From positions 191,242-255,241 of the forward strand of contig NW_021163190.1 in the NCBI RefSeq assembly GCF_004324835.1: 64,000 nt of DNA. The letters are read 5' to 3'. The stretch is from Dendronephthya gigantea. Taxonomy: Eukaryota. The notes beneath the pieces were generated by a model, which worked only from the letters and a program-made list of their open reading frames with translations, was not told the origin of the DNA and did not search any database. The position numbers and the translations under genes were made by a program. This document shows, piece by piece, positions 43,943 to 56,178 of this stretch (within the stretch, counting starts at the first letter, position 1; each line of letters opens with the position of its first letter).

Positions 43943-45422
43943 GAAACATCTGGAAAATTCTCAAACATGCCCAACGTGTGCTGATGAACTGACCGTAGAG
44001 ACTTTGGCCGAAGCACCGCGAATGGTAAAAGATTTCCTGAATGAATCAAAAATTCGTTGCGTTTACATCGACAAAGGTTGTCAAGAAGTTGTAGAATTAC
44101 AGCATCTTGACCGCCATGAAGATACATGTGGATATACACCAACCGTTTGTACAAACCAAGGCTGTGGTTTAATTGTCAACAAGCGTGATCTTATTCACCA
44201 TGAAAGTGAAGTCTGTGAATTCCGAAAGTTGAAGTGTCACTCGTGCGGAGAAATAACGAAAACTTTGGCAGATATGGAGGAAAGAATGGCGAATATCGAG
44301 AAGAATATCGAGAAGAATAATACAACAGTTGAAATTAAAATAAGAAATTTAGACAGAAAAATAGACAAAAACACGGCAGATATAAAAGCAGATATGGAAG
44401 GAAAACACGAAGCGGTTAACAACGAAGTCAGAGGATTGAAAACAGCTTTGGTCAGAGCTTTTGATGAAATGAAGGACGTTCTTATCACGATGGAGGCCAA
44501 GAAAAAAGAAAACATAGCAAAGGTAATAAATAGACCAAGTGGTGATAAGGAAAATATAATTGTTGCTGGAGGTATAGGAATTAACTCTGTAGAGATGTTT
44601 AACTGGCGTCAAAGAACATGGTCGCCATTACAATCAATGCCAGAGGGTCGTTATGCAGCGACTTCATTTATTTATAACAATCATATGACTATAGCTGGGG
44701 GTAGCTGTCGTGGTTTTTCTGGCATTGTTGATGATATGATTAGAATGAATATTGACCCAAACCCTGATCTCTCAACACACTGGAGTGACTGTCCTGTTAA
44801 ACTACCTGATAAGTTGAATAACCACAGGAGTGTGCTGTATAATGATCAGTTGATAGTCTCTGGAGGTGATAATGAAAATGGTTCATCTGACTTGATCAGT
44901 TCAGTCCAGCTTGTTCCTCCCTATACTGTGAAGACCTTATCAAGAATGCCAGAACCAAGAAAATATTACAGCATGGAAATATTTGATGATAATTTGTTGA
45001 TACTTGGTGGAAGAACAACTGGCAGTGCCAAAGACAGCCTCAGCAGTGTCGTACTGTACGATATAAAGAAGAATGAGCTGAAACAGTTGTCACCACTACC
45101 GTATGAAGTGAGTCACATGGCAACTGTGAGATGGGGAGACAACATCGTTGTTATTGGTGGTGCTGACAAACATGGCAAGTTAATAAATACAGTTATCATG
45201 TACAATTTCAAGACAGAACAAAGTCACATGCTGCCATTAATGATATGTAAGAGAAGTGCATGTACCGCAGTTGTTATTGAAAACAACATTGTAGTCCTGG
45301 GAGGGTGTGGTGAGCAAGGAGAGCTGAAGTCAGTTCAAGGTTTCAACTTTGAAAGGTATTCTTGGGAAGAACTTCCAGAAATGTCTAAAGCAAGATACTG
45401 GCACACTGCTGTTGTTGTGTGA
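43943..45422 (+). pseudogene. 3' portion (LENSQTCPTC...TAVVV*) of the same transposon-disrupted RING-zfTRAF-CC-Kelch copy
   Basis: ORF 43872..45422 becomes homologous to the family exactly at HLENSQ after the duplicated GAAACA. The remainder is a complete zfTRAF-CC-Kelch reading frame. Confidence 0.8.
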
Positions 45423-46637
45423 ACAATATGTAAGGTATTAAGTGAAAACTCCTAACATATTATGAACAATTGAAATGAACAATAAGATTTTCACAAAGTT
45501 ATAGAAATAGATTGTAGCATTCTAAGTTGATTGTCAGACAAATACTGATTTGTATTTTTTTAATTGAATTTAAATTGAGTCAGTTCTTAGAATTAAATAT
45601 TAAAGAACAATGACAAATCTTTGAAATAGATTTTTTCTTTGCAGATGGTTTTAAATGAAACATGAAATAAAGAATTTAAAAAAAGCTTTTCTGCACCCCC
45701 CACCATTTTTCACACCCCCCCCTCCCACCTAGGTTTTTTCATCCCCTCCCTCCCACATATGTTTTTTCTCTTCCCCCTCCTGCCTAGGTTTTTCAGCCCC
45801 CCCCTGCCATATAGGTTTTTCAGCCACAACCCCTCCCCTCCCCACCTGGGTTCTTCTGCCCCAGCCCCCAGACCAAGAATCCGAACTGAGCCTCTGGCTC
45901 AAGAAATAGCTCAGTTACCTATTTTAAATATCAGCCTGTCTGTAAATGATGTCTGTGTCTGTCAGACTGCCACAGACCAAGTCATATTTTAAAATTTAAC
46001 AATTAACAAGATTTGGAGAGATAGTTTTACTCTTTATTAAAACAAAACCCTGATTAACTAATATAAATTGGTTTGTCAACTAAAATAAAATTCTTGTTTC
46101 AAGTTTGCTCACACATTGTTTTGTAATTTTACGTTTTCCATCGCGTCTTTGAAGGCTTTTAGTACAAGATTTACATTATCTTTTGTACTGTTCAACCCCA
46201 TCAGACCAACACGCCATATCTGAAAAATTTCACCACAAAAAGTATGGTTTTTCACAGGGGAAAAAAATTACAATAATGGAGCGAATATCTGCGAATATGG
46301 AGAAGAAAATTGGGAATATGGATACCTTTCCAGCAGATCTTCCAAGACCACCTGAACTATCCATTTTATATCTGAAAAAGAAATTGACAATTCCATTTTA
46401 ACACTCTCCCTCTTTACTGGACGTCTATGAATCACCCCCCTGCAAGTCTTAAAAATGGGTTAGTTGGCAGGGGGTAGTCCTTCCCAAGATTCATCACTCA
46501 GCAAGTACCGTTAATTGGAAACACCCCCCTTGCCCATATTAAAAATAGGGTTGTTGGCAGGGGGTTGATTGCCTCCATTTACGGTACTATCTGAGTGACG
46601 GAACCACTTATGCAAAAAAAACAATGGAGTTGTTCTT

Positions 46638-47552
46638 CTGGGGCCGGTTGTTCGAAAGATGGATAACTTATCCAACGGATAAGTCCTATCCAACGGATAA
46701 ATCTGCTATCCAGTGGATAGTTATTCATTGGATAAAAACGCGTTGCACGAAGCGTGGATAGTGAAGTGGATAGCTATTCAATAGATAAGTTAAAATTTAC
46801 CGGAAGAAAACAGGATTATCCTGAAATTTCGTACCACAACGTCAGCTGTTGCTAAGCATTTACAACATTGAATTCATAATCATTACGAATTCTCGAGTAT
46901 AGTTACTGAATGGAAAAGACTTGAACAAGTGATTTGCTCGAACTTTGCACTTCATAACATAGTGATTTTATTAATTAAACACATTGCAATTTTATTCCTT
47001 GACCTTGCAACGCTTTGCTATTCGGTTCCATAGCAAATTTAGGAACATTATTTTAATGTTCGTGAATGAAATTACTTAGATATTAGCAAGTTTCCTTGGA
47101 ATAGGTTGAATCTTTCTTTGCATATTCGCGTTTATAAACTGATTAGAAGCGTATAGTAAATTTACCGCATGTTATAAATGCGAGAATGTCCAAAAAATCG
47201 CCGCTCGGAACGGAATGTGTAGGCAACGTGAAACGCTGCTGCGACAAATTGCATTTCGAAAACATTTCTAATAGTGAATACAATCATGATATGTATTAGT
47301 TTGTTGAAACACAGTAACAGGATTATTGCATTTTTGTCCTATTTTATATAAATGTTTACAGTGTTATCTTGTATCTATGAATTTATCCACTGGATAGTGG
47401 ATTTAAACCACCTCCGGACCTTGGATAAATTTATCCGGTAGATAGCGATTTTTATCCGCTGGATAAAGTTATCCAAGCTTCGTGCAACGCAAATCACACG
47501 CTGGATAAAACTTATCCGTTGGATAGCGACTTATCCACCTTTCGAACAACCG
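46638..47552. mobile_element. ~0.9-kb non-autonomous TIR element (termini GGCCGGTTGTTCGAAAG, subterminal GGATAA/TTATCC repeats) inserted in a spacer module
   Basis: Interrupts the conserved string gttcttctgataggtattctg. Ends are inverted repeats ~150 bp long. TSD ambiguous. Confidence 0.6.
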
Positions 47553-49249
47553 GCTCTAGATAGGTATTCTGTGCCTACACTTTCTTTCATTTTTATTGTA
47601 TTTTTATCTTTACTTGAAAGCACGACATGAAATTACCATTTAGACCTAACCCGGGGGGTGAAGGAGTCAATGACCAAATTCATTACTCATTCTGTTTCGA
47701 GAAATGCATTATAGTTTAAAATTTAGTTTAGCCGAAATCATATTAGAGGCGGGAAACTCGTCTTACAAGGTCAAGGAAAACAGGAAACTCGTCTTACAGG
47801 GGAAACTCCTCTTGGAAACTCATCTTAGACGGGAAACTCGTCTGATGTGAATCAGGCCACAGACGGGTTTCTCGTCAGAATTTTCCCGCCTAACTTTCCC
47901 GTCTAAACAAACGGTTAATTTGAACGGGAATCCCTTCTCGACGAGAAACTCGTCTTAATTTCGCATTTAGACGGATAAATCAGACGAGTTTCTGAAATAT
48001 CAACACGGTCAAGGACGGAACAAGGGTAAAGCCCGCCGCACAAGAGAGCTATAAGCCGAGCTAACGACCTCGCGAGGCAGTTAACTCAGCCTGAAAACTA
48101 TCCGCACACGATAGAAACTTGCCTCTCGAGGCGAATTCCTCACGAAAAACTATCCGCACACGAGAGTAACTTGCTGAGCTAAAACCTCGCGAGGTCTTTA
48201 CCTCTACCAGCTCTCGTGTGAGGCGCGCTTAACTGAGAAAATAAACAAAATTATTATCGTAATAATCACGATACCCTTTTTAGCATTACCCGACCCATCA
48301 CACGTGTAAATTTTATATCCATTCCAAGTCATATTAAGACGGGTTTTTACAATCAACTTTCCTTTCTAAGATGAATTTCCCGTGCCTAATATGAATTTGT
48401 TTCATAATGTGAGAGAGATGATACCTTCGGCTTCTCCGCTTCCTTGAATATACAATCCATTGTTATATGGTTTGTTGTTGTTTGAAAAGAACGTGATTTT
48501 CGTCAGATCTTCGCAGCAAATGGTGTCATGACAGAACTCTCTGGTTTGCAAATTATGCATGTCGACACCATTGTGTGTACGAGAGCCTCTGTATAATGAT
48601 AAATTCACGTTAATTTAATTGTTTTGTAAGATTATAAGAATATTATCGATTCGCTGTGTTGCTACAAGGTTACATCTGGTCTTACCTTGGTGTTCCGAAA
48701 TCACCACAACCCTGACTGTCACATTCACGGATTAAATTTCTACCATTTGAGCTGCAAAGCTGACCAAGTTTAAAACATTCAACCGCATTATCTAGAAAAA
48801 TAAATACAGAAAAATACGATGAAGAATAACGAAGAATGTTTAGCGTTTTCTATGTTGGGAATATATATAATTCCATTTAATCCTTGAGATTAGGTTAGGT
48901 TTAGGGTCAAATTTAGGATTAATTTTAGCCCTATTAAACTATAAACCTAAAACATAATCTTAACCCAATAGACCTTTCTTATAATGACGTCAAACGCGGA
49001 AAGTCTGATGTTACACGAAATTTGATTGGCTCCACAAAACTATCGAGCTAATCAAACTTCATGTAACATCACACTTTCCGCGTTTGACGTCATTATGAAA
49101 AAGGTCTTTTCCTAACATAATCCCAAAGATTAAATTTGCGTATTTAGGAATTAGTGAACATGGAGTTTTATATAAGTTAAAGCTTTCAGAGTCGACTTTA
49201 ATTACTGCAAAATAACAGATCACTGAGTTATATTCATTTCACTAGTACT

Positions 49250-50150
49250 GGTCTGGCCACATCACGAGCGTTCTTTGAGAGCGCCCGCAGTAACTTCGTA
49301 ACGCGGACATATTTGAATACCAGGGGGTACTTGATATAAAGCGGTATTGTGAACTAAAGTTGATTAGGGTCATTTGGGCTATTTATACTATATAGCTCTG
49401 GGGCCGGTTGTTCAAAAGCCGTTTAACGCTAACCCAGGGTTAAAAGTGCCTAATCCAGGGTTGAATTTTAAACCTCGGTTGATTTGCGTTGCAAAAAACC
49501 CGGTTAGCTTTAACTCTGGGTTAAAATAAAAAAAAAATTAACCCTGCTAGCTAGGTGGTTTAACTTTTTAATCCTGGATTAACTTCGATTCAAAATGGAT
49601 GAATAAGGAGCGGAAACACGTAAACTCGTATAATTCTTTATGAATTAAACACTTTTGAAAGATTTTACGAACAGTTTCTGACAGCAAAAAATTATTTAAG
49701 TTTGACTTTCAGCTGATGTATTGATTTATTTATCTTAATTCGCTTCAATGGAATAAGTAAATACAAATTGAGACATCGCTATCGAAATATTTGTTTTCGA
49801 TGCCTTTCTATCAGGTATCTTAGCTGATCATTGTATTTCAAACTTCAACTGAATCTCGATTCTCTTGATTGGCAATGGTAATTGTTTCAGAATTTAATAA
49901 TCAAACATTTTCTCAAATTCTAAAATCGATTGTTTATAATTTGCTTAAATAATTTTATTTCACATCGTTTATTAACATACTAATTAGCCTTTCATTTCGA
50001 AAATGTTTCCCATAATATTTTAAAAACGACAAACGGACAAAGTTCCCGCAATTACTATGAATGTCTGCTGACCGGAAAGATTGCTAATAGCATTTATCCG
50101 CAATACAAAGTTACTGCGGGCGCTCTCAAAGAACGCCCGTGATGCCATAG
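49250..50150. mobile_element. ~0.9-kb element bounded by ~48-bp inverted repeats (CACGAGCGTTCTTTGAGAGCGCCCGCAGTAACTTCGTAACGCGGA). It contains a nested fragment that starts GGGGCCGGTTGTTCAAAAG, with GGGTTAA subrepeats
   Basis: 49258-49305 is the reverse complement of 50098-50147. The internal fragment at 49395 shares its terminal 17-mer with the 46638 element. Confidence 0.5.
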
Positions 50151-50570
50151 AGATTATAAATAACACTAGAGGAGGCATTGGTACGAAAAACACAATGAAC
50201 TCCATATATTAAATATATATATAAAACATCAGTCAAGAAAGGCGGCGCGATTATGGCGGGCAAATTAAGTCCCGGATGCAAGCAGCGCTGATTGGGTAGA
50301 TCAACGCCTCCTTAGCAACCACGTTGTTTATAATTTCTATGCGCGATGCAGCAGAAAGGACGCGTCTTACGCAAACACTTTATAACGAAGAGAGATTTGT
50401 CTTCATAAACTGATCATTTTGGAGAAAATTTCAAAAAAACAAACAAACACAGACATCTTCAAGAACGAACACCATATCTATATTCAAGTCTATACAGCGA
50501 GGTTTATACTACAGAGCGACAAACAACACAGAACTTGCTTTATTATTACGACACAAGAACGACGTGAAAT

Positions 50571-52211
50571 ATGGCTTCATATATACAAGGCTACGATGAA
50601 GAAAGGTTTGTGAACAAAATCGATCGAAATTTTCATTGCCAGATTTGCTTCAACGTTTTGAAAGAGCCGGTTATGTGTTCGAGAAACCAGCATTCTTTTT
50701 GCCGTTGTTGTATTACGAAACATCTGGAAAATTCTCAAACATGCCCAACGGTGCTGATGACTGACCGTAGAGACTTTGACCGAACCTTCACGATGGTAAA
50801 AGATTTTTTAAATGAATCGAAAATTCGTTGCGTTTACATCGACAGAGGTTGTCAAGAAGTTGTAGAATTACAGCATCTTGACCGTCATGAAGATACATGT
50901 GGATATACACCAGCCGTTTGTACAAACCAAGGCTGTGGTTTAATTGTCAACAAGCGTGATCTTATTCACCATGAAAGTGAAGTCTGTGAATTCCGAAAGT
51001 TGAAGTGTCACTCGTGCGGAGAAATAACGAAAACTTTGGCAGAAATGCAGGAAAGAATGGCGAATATCGAGAAGAATATGGTAACAAATAAAACAGTTGA
51101 AACTAAAATAACAAATTTAGAGAAAAATGTTGCCACTGTTGCGAATAATATGGAGAAAAACACGGCAGATATAAAAGCAGATATGGAAGGAAAACACGAA
51201 GCGGTTAACAACGAAGTCAAAGGATTGAAAACAGCTTTGGTCAGAGCTTTTGATGAAATGAAGGACGTTCTTATCACCATGGAGGGCAAAAAAGAAGAAA
51301 ACACAAGAAAACTAATAAATAGACCAAGTGGTGATAAGGAAAATATAATTGTTGCTGGAGGTGGTTGGTCTAACTCTGTGGAGATGTTTAACTGGCGTCA
51401 AAGAACATGGTCGCCATTACAATCAATGCCAAAGGATCGTTCTGGAGCGACTTCATTTATCTATAACAATCATGTGACTATAGCTGGGGGTTGCTGTGAT
51501 GTTTGGTCTGGGATTCTTGATGATATGATTAGAATGAATATTGACCCAAACCCTGATCTCTCAACACACTGGAGTGACTGTCCTGTTAAACTACCTGATA
51601 AGTTGAGATACCACAGCAGTGTGCTGTATAATGATCAGTTGATAGTCTCTGGAGGTGATAATGGAAATGGTTTATCTGACTTGATCAGTTCAGTCCAGCT
51701 TGTTCCTCCCTATACTGTGAAGACCTTATCAAGAATGCCAGAACCAAGACAAGGTCACACCATGGAAATATTTGATGATAATTTGTTGATAGTTGGTGGA
51801 ACTGCAACTGGCGGATGCAAAGACAACCTCAGCAGTGTCGTACTGTTCAATATAAAGAAGAATGAGCTGAAACAGTTGTCACCACTGCCGTATGAAGTGA
51901 GTGATATGGCAACTGTGAGATGGGGAGACAACATTGTTGTTATTGGTGGCGCTGACAAACATGCCAAGCCATTAGATACAGTTATCATTTACAATGTCAA
52001 GACAGAACAAAGTCACATGCTGCCATCAATGAGATGTAAGAGGAGGGGATGTACTGCAGTTGTTATTGAAAACAACATTGTAGTCCCGGGAGGGGATGGT
52101 GAGCGACGAGAGCTGAAGTCAGTTGAAGGTTTCAACTTTGAAAGGTATTCTTGGGAAGAACTTCCAGAAATGTCTGAGGCAAGATGGCTGCACACTGCTG
52201 TTGTTGTGTGA
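50571..52211 (+). CDS. RING-zfTRAF-CC-Kelch paralog, 546 aa; three separate 1-bp deletions (net -3) destroy the end of the RING (CPTCADELTVETLAEPSRM becomes CPTVLMTDRRDFDRTFTM)
   Basis: Alignment against copy at 28680-28750: ccaacgtgtgctgatgaactgacc vs ccaacggtgctgatgactgacc, and cacgaatggtaaaag vs cacgatggtaaaag. The rest of the ORF is intact. Confidence 0.7.
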   Translation: MASYIQGYDEERFVNKIDRNFHCQICFNVLKEPVMCSRNQHSFCRCCITKHLENSQTCPTVLMTDRRDFDRTFTMVKDFLNESKIRCVYIDRGCQEVVELQHLDRHEDTCGYTPAVCTNQGCGLIVNKRDLIHHESEVCEFRKLKCHSCGEITKTLAEMQERMANIEKNMVTNKTVETKITNLEKNVATVANNMEKNTADIKADMEGKHEAVNNEVKGLKTALVRAFDEMKDVLITMEGKKEENTRKLINRPSGDKENIIVAGGGWSNSVEMFNWRQRTWSPLQSMPKDRSGATSFIYNNHVTIAGGCCDVWSGILDDMIRMNIDPNPDLSTHWSDCPVKLPDKLRYHSSVLYNDQLIVSGGDNGNGLSDLISSVQLVPPYTVKTLSRMPEPRQGHTMEIFDDNLLIVGGTATGGCKDNLSSVVLFNIKKNELKQLSPLPYEVSDMATVRWGDNIVVIGGADKHAKPLDTVIIYNVKTEQSHMLPSMRCKRRGCTAVVIENNIVVPGGDGERRELKSVEGFNFERYSWEELPEMSEARWLHTAVVV

Positions 52212-53099
52212 ACAATATGTAAGGTATTAAGTGAAAACTCCTAACATATTATGAACAATAGAAATGAACTATAAGATTTTCACAAAGTTATAGAAATAGA
52301 TTGTAGCATTCTAAGTTGACTGTCAGACATATACTGATTTGTATTTTTGTGATTGAATTTAAAGTATTTTCTTAGAATTATATATTAAAGAACAATAACA
52401 AATCTTTGAAATAGATATTTTCATTGAGGAAGGCTTAAAATGAAACACCAAATAAAACATTCGAAATAAGCTTTTCTGCACCCCCTCCACATAGGTTTTT
52501 CAGCAACAACTCCACCCCTCTCCACCTGGGTTCTTCTGCCTTGGTCCCCCAGACCAAGAATCCTAAGTGAGCCTCTGCCTCAAGAAATAGCTCAGTTACC
52601 TATTTTAAATATCAGCCTGTCTGTAAATGATGTCTGTGTCTGTCAGACTGCCACAGACCAAGTCATATTTTAAAATTTAACAATTAACAAGATTTGAAGA
52701 GATAGTTTTACTTTTTATTAAAACAAAACCAAAAACTGATTAACTAATATAAATTGGTTTGTCAACTAAAATAAAATTCTTGTTTCAAGTTTGCTCACAG
52801 ATTGTTTTGTAATTTCACGTTTTCCATGGCGTCCTTGAAGGCTTTTAGTACAAGATTTACATTATCTTTTGTACTGTTCAACCCCATCAGACCAACACGC
52901 CATATCTGAAAAATTTCACAACAAAAAGTACGGTTTTTCACATGGAAAAAAAATTACGATTATGGAGCTAATATCTGCGAATATGGAGAAGAAAATTGTG
53001 AATATGGATACCTTTCCAGCAGATCTTCCAAGACCACCTGAAATATCCATTTTATATCTGAAAAATAAATTGATTATTCAATTTTAACACTCTCCCTCT

Positions 53100-53520
53100 T
53101 TATTGGACCTGTAGGAATAACCTTTATTGTTGACCTCTAGAAAGAACAATTTAGAGCTATCCAGTATAAATAAAGTTGGTTTAGTTTAGGTTTCCTCCTG
53201 TAGTAACACTGGATCATTAAGAGATGATCCTTACTGAACCTCTAGGAAGAACAGTTTAGAACTGATAGAACTATCCAGTAAAAATAAAATTAGTTTAGTT
53301 TAGGTTTCCTACTGTAGTAACACTGGATCAATAAAAGATGATCCTTACTGAACCTCTAGGAAGAACAGTTTAGAACTGATAGAACTATCCAGTAAAAATA
53401 AAATTAGTTTAGTTTAGGTTTCCTACTGTAGTAACACTGGATCAATAAAAGATGATCCTTACTGGATCTCTAGGAAGAACAGTTTAAAACTGATAGAGCT
53501 ATCCAGTATTAAGAAAGTTA
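53100..53520. repeat. ~115-bp tandem repeat, ~3.5 units
   Basis: cctctaggaagaacagtttagaactgatagaactatccagtaaaaataaaattagtttagtttaggtttcctactgtagtaacactggatcaataaaagatgatccttactgaa repeated. Confidence 0.85.
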
Positions 53521-53535
53521 GTTTAGTAAACATAC

Positions 53536-53618
53536 TTTTCGCCAATGAATGCTGAAACTTTCTTCCAGTCGACTCCTTGTGGAATAACAACTCCAGTGAT
53601 GGTAGATAAGCGATGGCG
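53536..53618 (-). CDS. AGXT: AGXT-like exon 8 (RHRLSTITGVVIPQGVDWKKVSAFIGE..); terminal exon(s) not located in this window
   Basis: Matches [27 protein letters not shown]. Acceptor ctcatag|, donor AA|gtatgt. No downstream coding exon found through the 115-bp repeat block. Confidence 0.55.
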
Positions 53619-53698
53619 CTATGAGAGAAAATGGAAGATTAATCCTTTAAACTACGATTAACATTTCTGCATGGACATCACTAAAATATTTCTCAAAC

Positions 53699-53794
53699 CT
53701 TGTCTTGAACAAATAAGGTGAATCCCATTTTCTCGAAACCTTCGCGTAAAAGTTCAGCACATTTCTGATGTCTTGCAATAAAGTTTTCAAGACC
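53699..53794 (-). CDS. AGXT: AGXT-like exon 7 (GLENFIARHQKCAELLREGFEKMGFTLFVQDK)
   Basis: Matches [31 protein letters not shown]. Acceptor atttag|, donor AAG|gtttga. Confidence 0.65.
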
Positions 53795-53800
53795 CTAAAT

Positions 53801-54590
53801 ATGAGAGTTGACAAGCGAGAGTTTACATGAGAGTTTCATCAACTATCATTGCTTCATCAAACGAGAACAAGAGTTACATGAGAGTTGACAAGCGAGAGTT
53901 TACATGAGAGTTTCATCAACTATCATTGCTTGATCAAACGAGAACAAGAGTTGCATGAGAGTTGACAAGCGAGAGTTTACATGAGAGTTTCATCAACTAT
54001 CATTGCTTGATCAAACGAGAACAAGAGTTACATGAGAGTTGACAAGCGAGAGTTTACATGAAAGTTTCATCAACTATCATTCCTTGATCAAACGAGAACA
54101 AGAGTTACATGAGAGTTGACAAGCGAGAGTTTACATGAGAGTTTCATCAACTATCATTGCTTGATCAAACGAAAACAAGAGTTGCATGAGAGTTGACAAG
54201 CGAGAGTTTACATGAGAGTTTCATCAACTATCATTGCTTGATCAAACGAGAACAAGAGTTGCATGAGAGTTGACAAGCGAGAGTTTACATGAGAGTTTCA
54301 TCAACTATCATTGCTTGATCAAACGAAACAAGAGTTGCATGAGAGTTGACAAGCGAGAGTTTACATGAGAGTTTCATCAACTATCATTGCTTGATCAAAC
54401 GAGAACAAGAGTTGCATGAGAGTTGACAAGCGAGAGTTTATATGAGAGTTTCATCAACTATCATTGCTTGATCAAACGAGAACAAGAGTTGCATGAGAGT
54501 TGACAAGCGAGAGTTTATATGAGAGTTTCATCAACTATCATTGCTTGATCAAACGAGAACAAGAGTTGCATGAGAGTTGACAAGCGAGAG
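53801..54590. repeat. 77-bp tandem repeat, ~10 units (in AGXT-like intron 6)
   Basis: atgagagttgacaagcgagag recurs at 53801 and 53878; unit gagagttgacaagcgagagtttacatgagagtttcatcaactatcattgcttgatcaaacgagaacaagagttgcat. Confidence 0.9.
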
Positions 54591-54629
54591 TTAATATATA
54601 ATCCAGTCAAAAACGTTGTTTAAACAAAC

Positions 54630-54699
54630 CTCCTCAACCACAAGTGAAAGAGCTTCTCGTAAAGCATATACCGAATTTGTTGGTCCAGTATGATGGTAT
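54630..54699 (-). CDS. AGXT: AGXT-like exon 6 (YHHTGPTNSVYALREALSLVVEE)
   Basis: Matches [25 protein letters not shown]. Acceptor ccttag|, donor GAG|gtttgt. Confidence 0.65.
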
Positions 54700-55261
54700 C
54701 TAAGGATTATATTGAAACAGGCAATATTAGTCATATTACTGTTGAATTTATAATGGTTGCACTGAGTGAATTTGTGATTTCACACCAAAATTGCACGACA
54801 CAAAGTGCAATTTCCACTTTATTATATTCATTTTGAAATCATACAAAAGATTAAACAAATTCAAAACGATTTATTGGCTGAAAGAACCGTAAACGCGGTG
54901 TAAAATGTGAGCAATTTTCATTTATTTTTGTGAAGAAATTTTGCGGGGCATTTAAAATTCAAAATAATAAAATTTTGTTCCATATTTTCCCGTGTAATTT
55001 GATTGGATGGTTACACTGAAATACTAAATCTGATTGGTTATTGTGGTGCAGAGCTTCAATCTTATTGGCTTATAAATGATGTGATTAATGCTCAAAAATA
55101 GTGCGATTTGGGAATTAATCACAGTATTTTTAACCAATCAGATTGCAAGAAACACCATTGATTTCAAAATGAATATAATAAAGTGTAGTATGTTACTGGT
55201 GTTCATAATTATCATGTCTGGAAAATCAATAACAGCAACATATGAAGATGGTTTGTCTCAC

Positions 55262-55339
55262 CTGCGTGGCCCATCATCACAACCCCAGTAATTTGCAATC
55301 ATTGTGAGATCAAAGTAGAATGAGGGTACTTTAGTTTTC
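55262..55339 (-). CDS. AGXT: AGXT-like exon 5 ([26 protein letters not shown])
   Basis: Matches [25 protein letters not shown]. Acceptor atccag|, donor CAG|gtgaga. Confidence 0.7.
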
Positions 55340-55920
55340 CTGGATTGCAATTTCTTCCTAGAAATATCAGAAATATCTTTCTCAGGTAGTTCTGACACAA
55401 ACCATGACAGCTTATTGTAGAATACTACCTACACTGGACCACCAGGTTTGAGATATCTTGCTCAGGTAGTTCAGACACAAACCACGACAGCTTATGTAGA
55501 ATACTACCTACACTGGACCACCACATTTGAGATATTTTTCTCAGGTAAATCAGACACAAACCACGACAGCTTATTGTAGAATACTGCCTACACTGGAACA
55601 CCACATTTGAAATATCTTTCTCAGGTAGTTCAGGCACAAACCAGGATAGCTTATTGTAGAATACTACCTACACTGAACCACCACGTTTGAGATATCTTTC
55701 TCAGGTAGTTCAGACACAAACCAGGATAGCTTATTGTAGAATACTACCTACACTGAACCACCACGTTTGAGATATCTTTCTCAGGTAGTTCAGGCACAAA
55801 CCACGACAGCTTATTGTAGAATACTACCTACACTGGACCACCACATTTGAGATATCTTAATTATCTTTCTCAGGTAGTTCAGACACAAACCACTACAGCT
55901 TATTGTAGAATACTACAGTA
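55330..55920. repeat. ~80-bp tandem repeat, ~7 units (in AGXT-like intron 4)
   Basis: ctcaggtagtt recurs at 55381, 55461, 55540. Confidence 0.85.
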
Positions 55921-55983
55921 CACTTGACCACTATGACCATTGAGACATGGTTTTTCAGGACAAATTAGTTCAACCAATACTTA

Positions 55984-56178
<195 letters not shown>

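Noticed and set aside
50020-50205. ORF MEFIVFFVPMPPLVLFIISMASRAFFESARSNF..
   Set aside because: Covers the terminal inverted repeat of the 49250-50150 element; its twin sequence appears at 49258-49305 on the other strand.
55425-55637. ORF with internally repeated peptide (..CRQYSTISCRGLCLIYLRKISQMWWSS..)
   Set aside because: Lies wholly within the 80-bp tandem repeat; the periodic amino-acid pattern is a repeat artefact.
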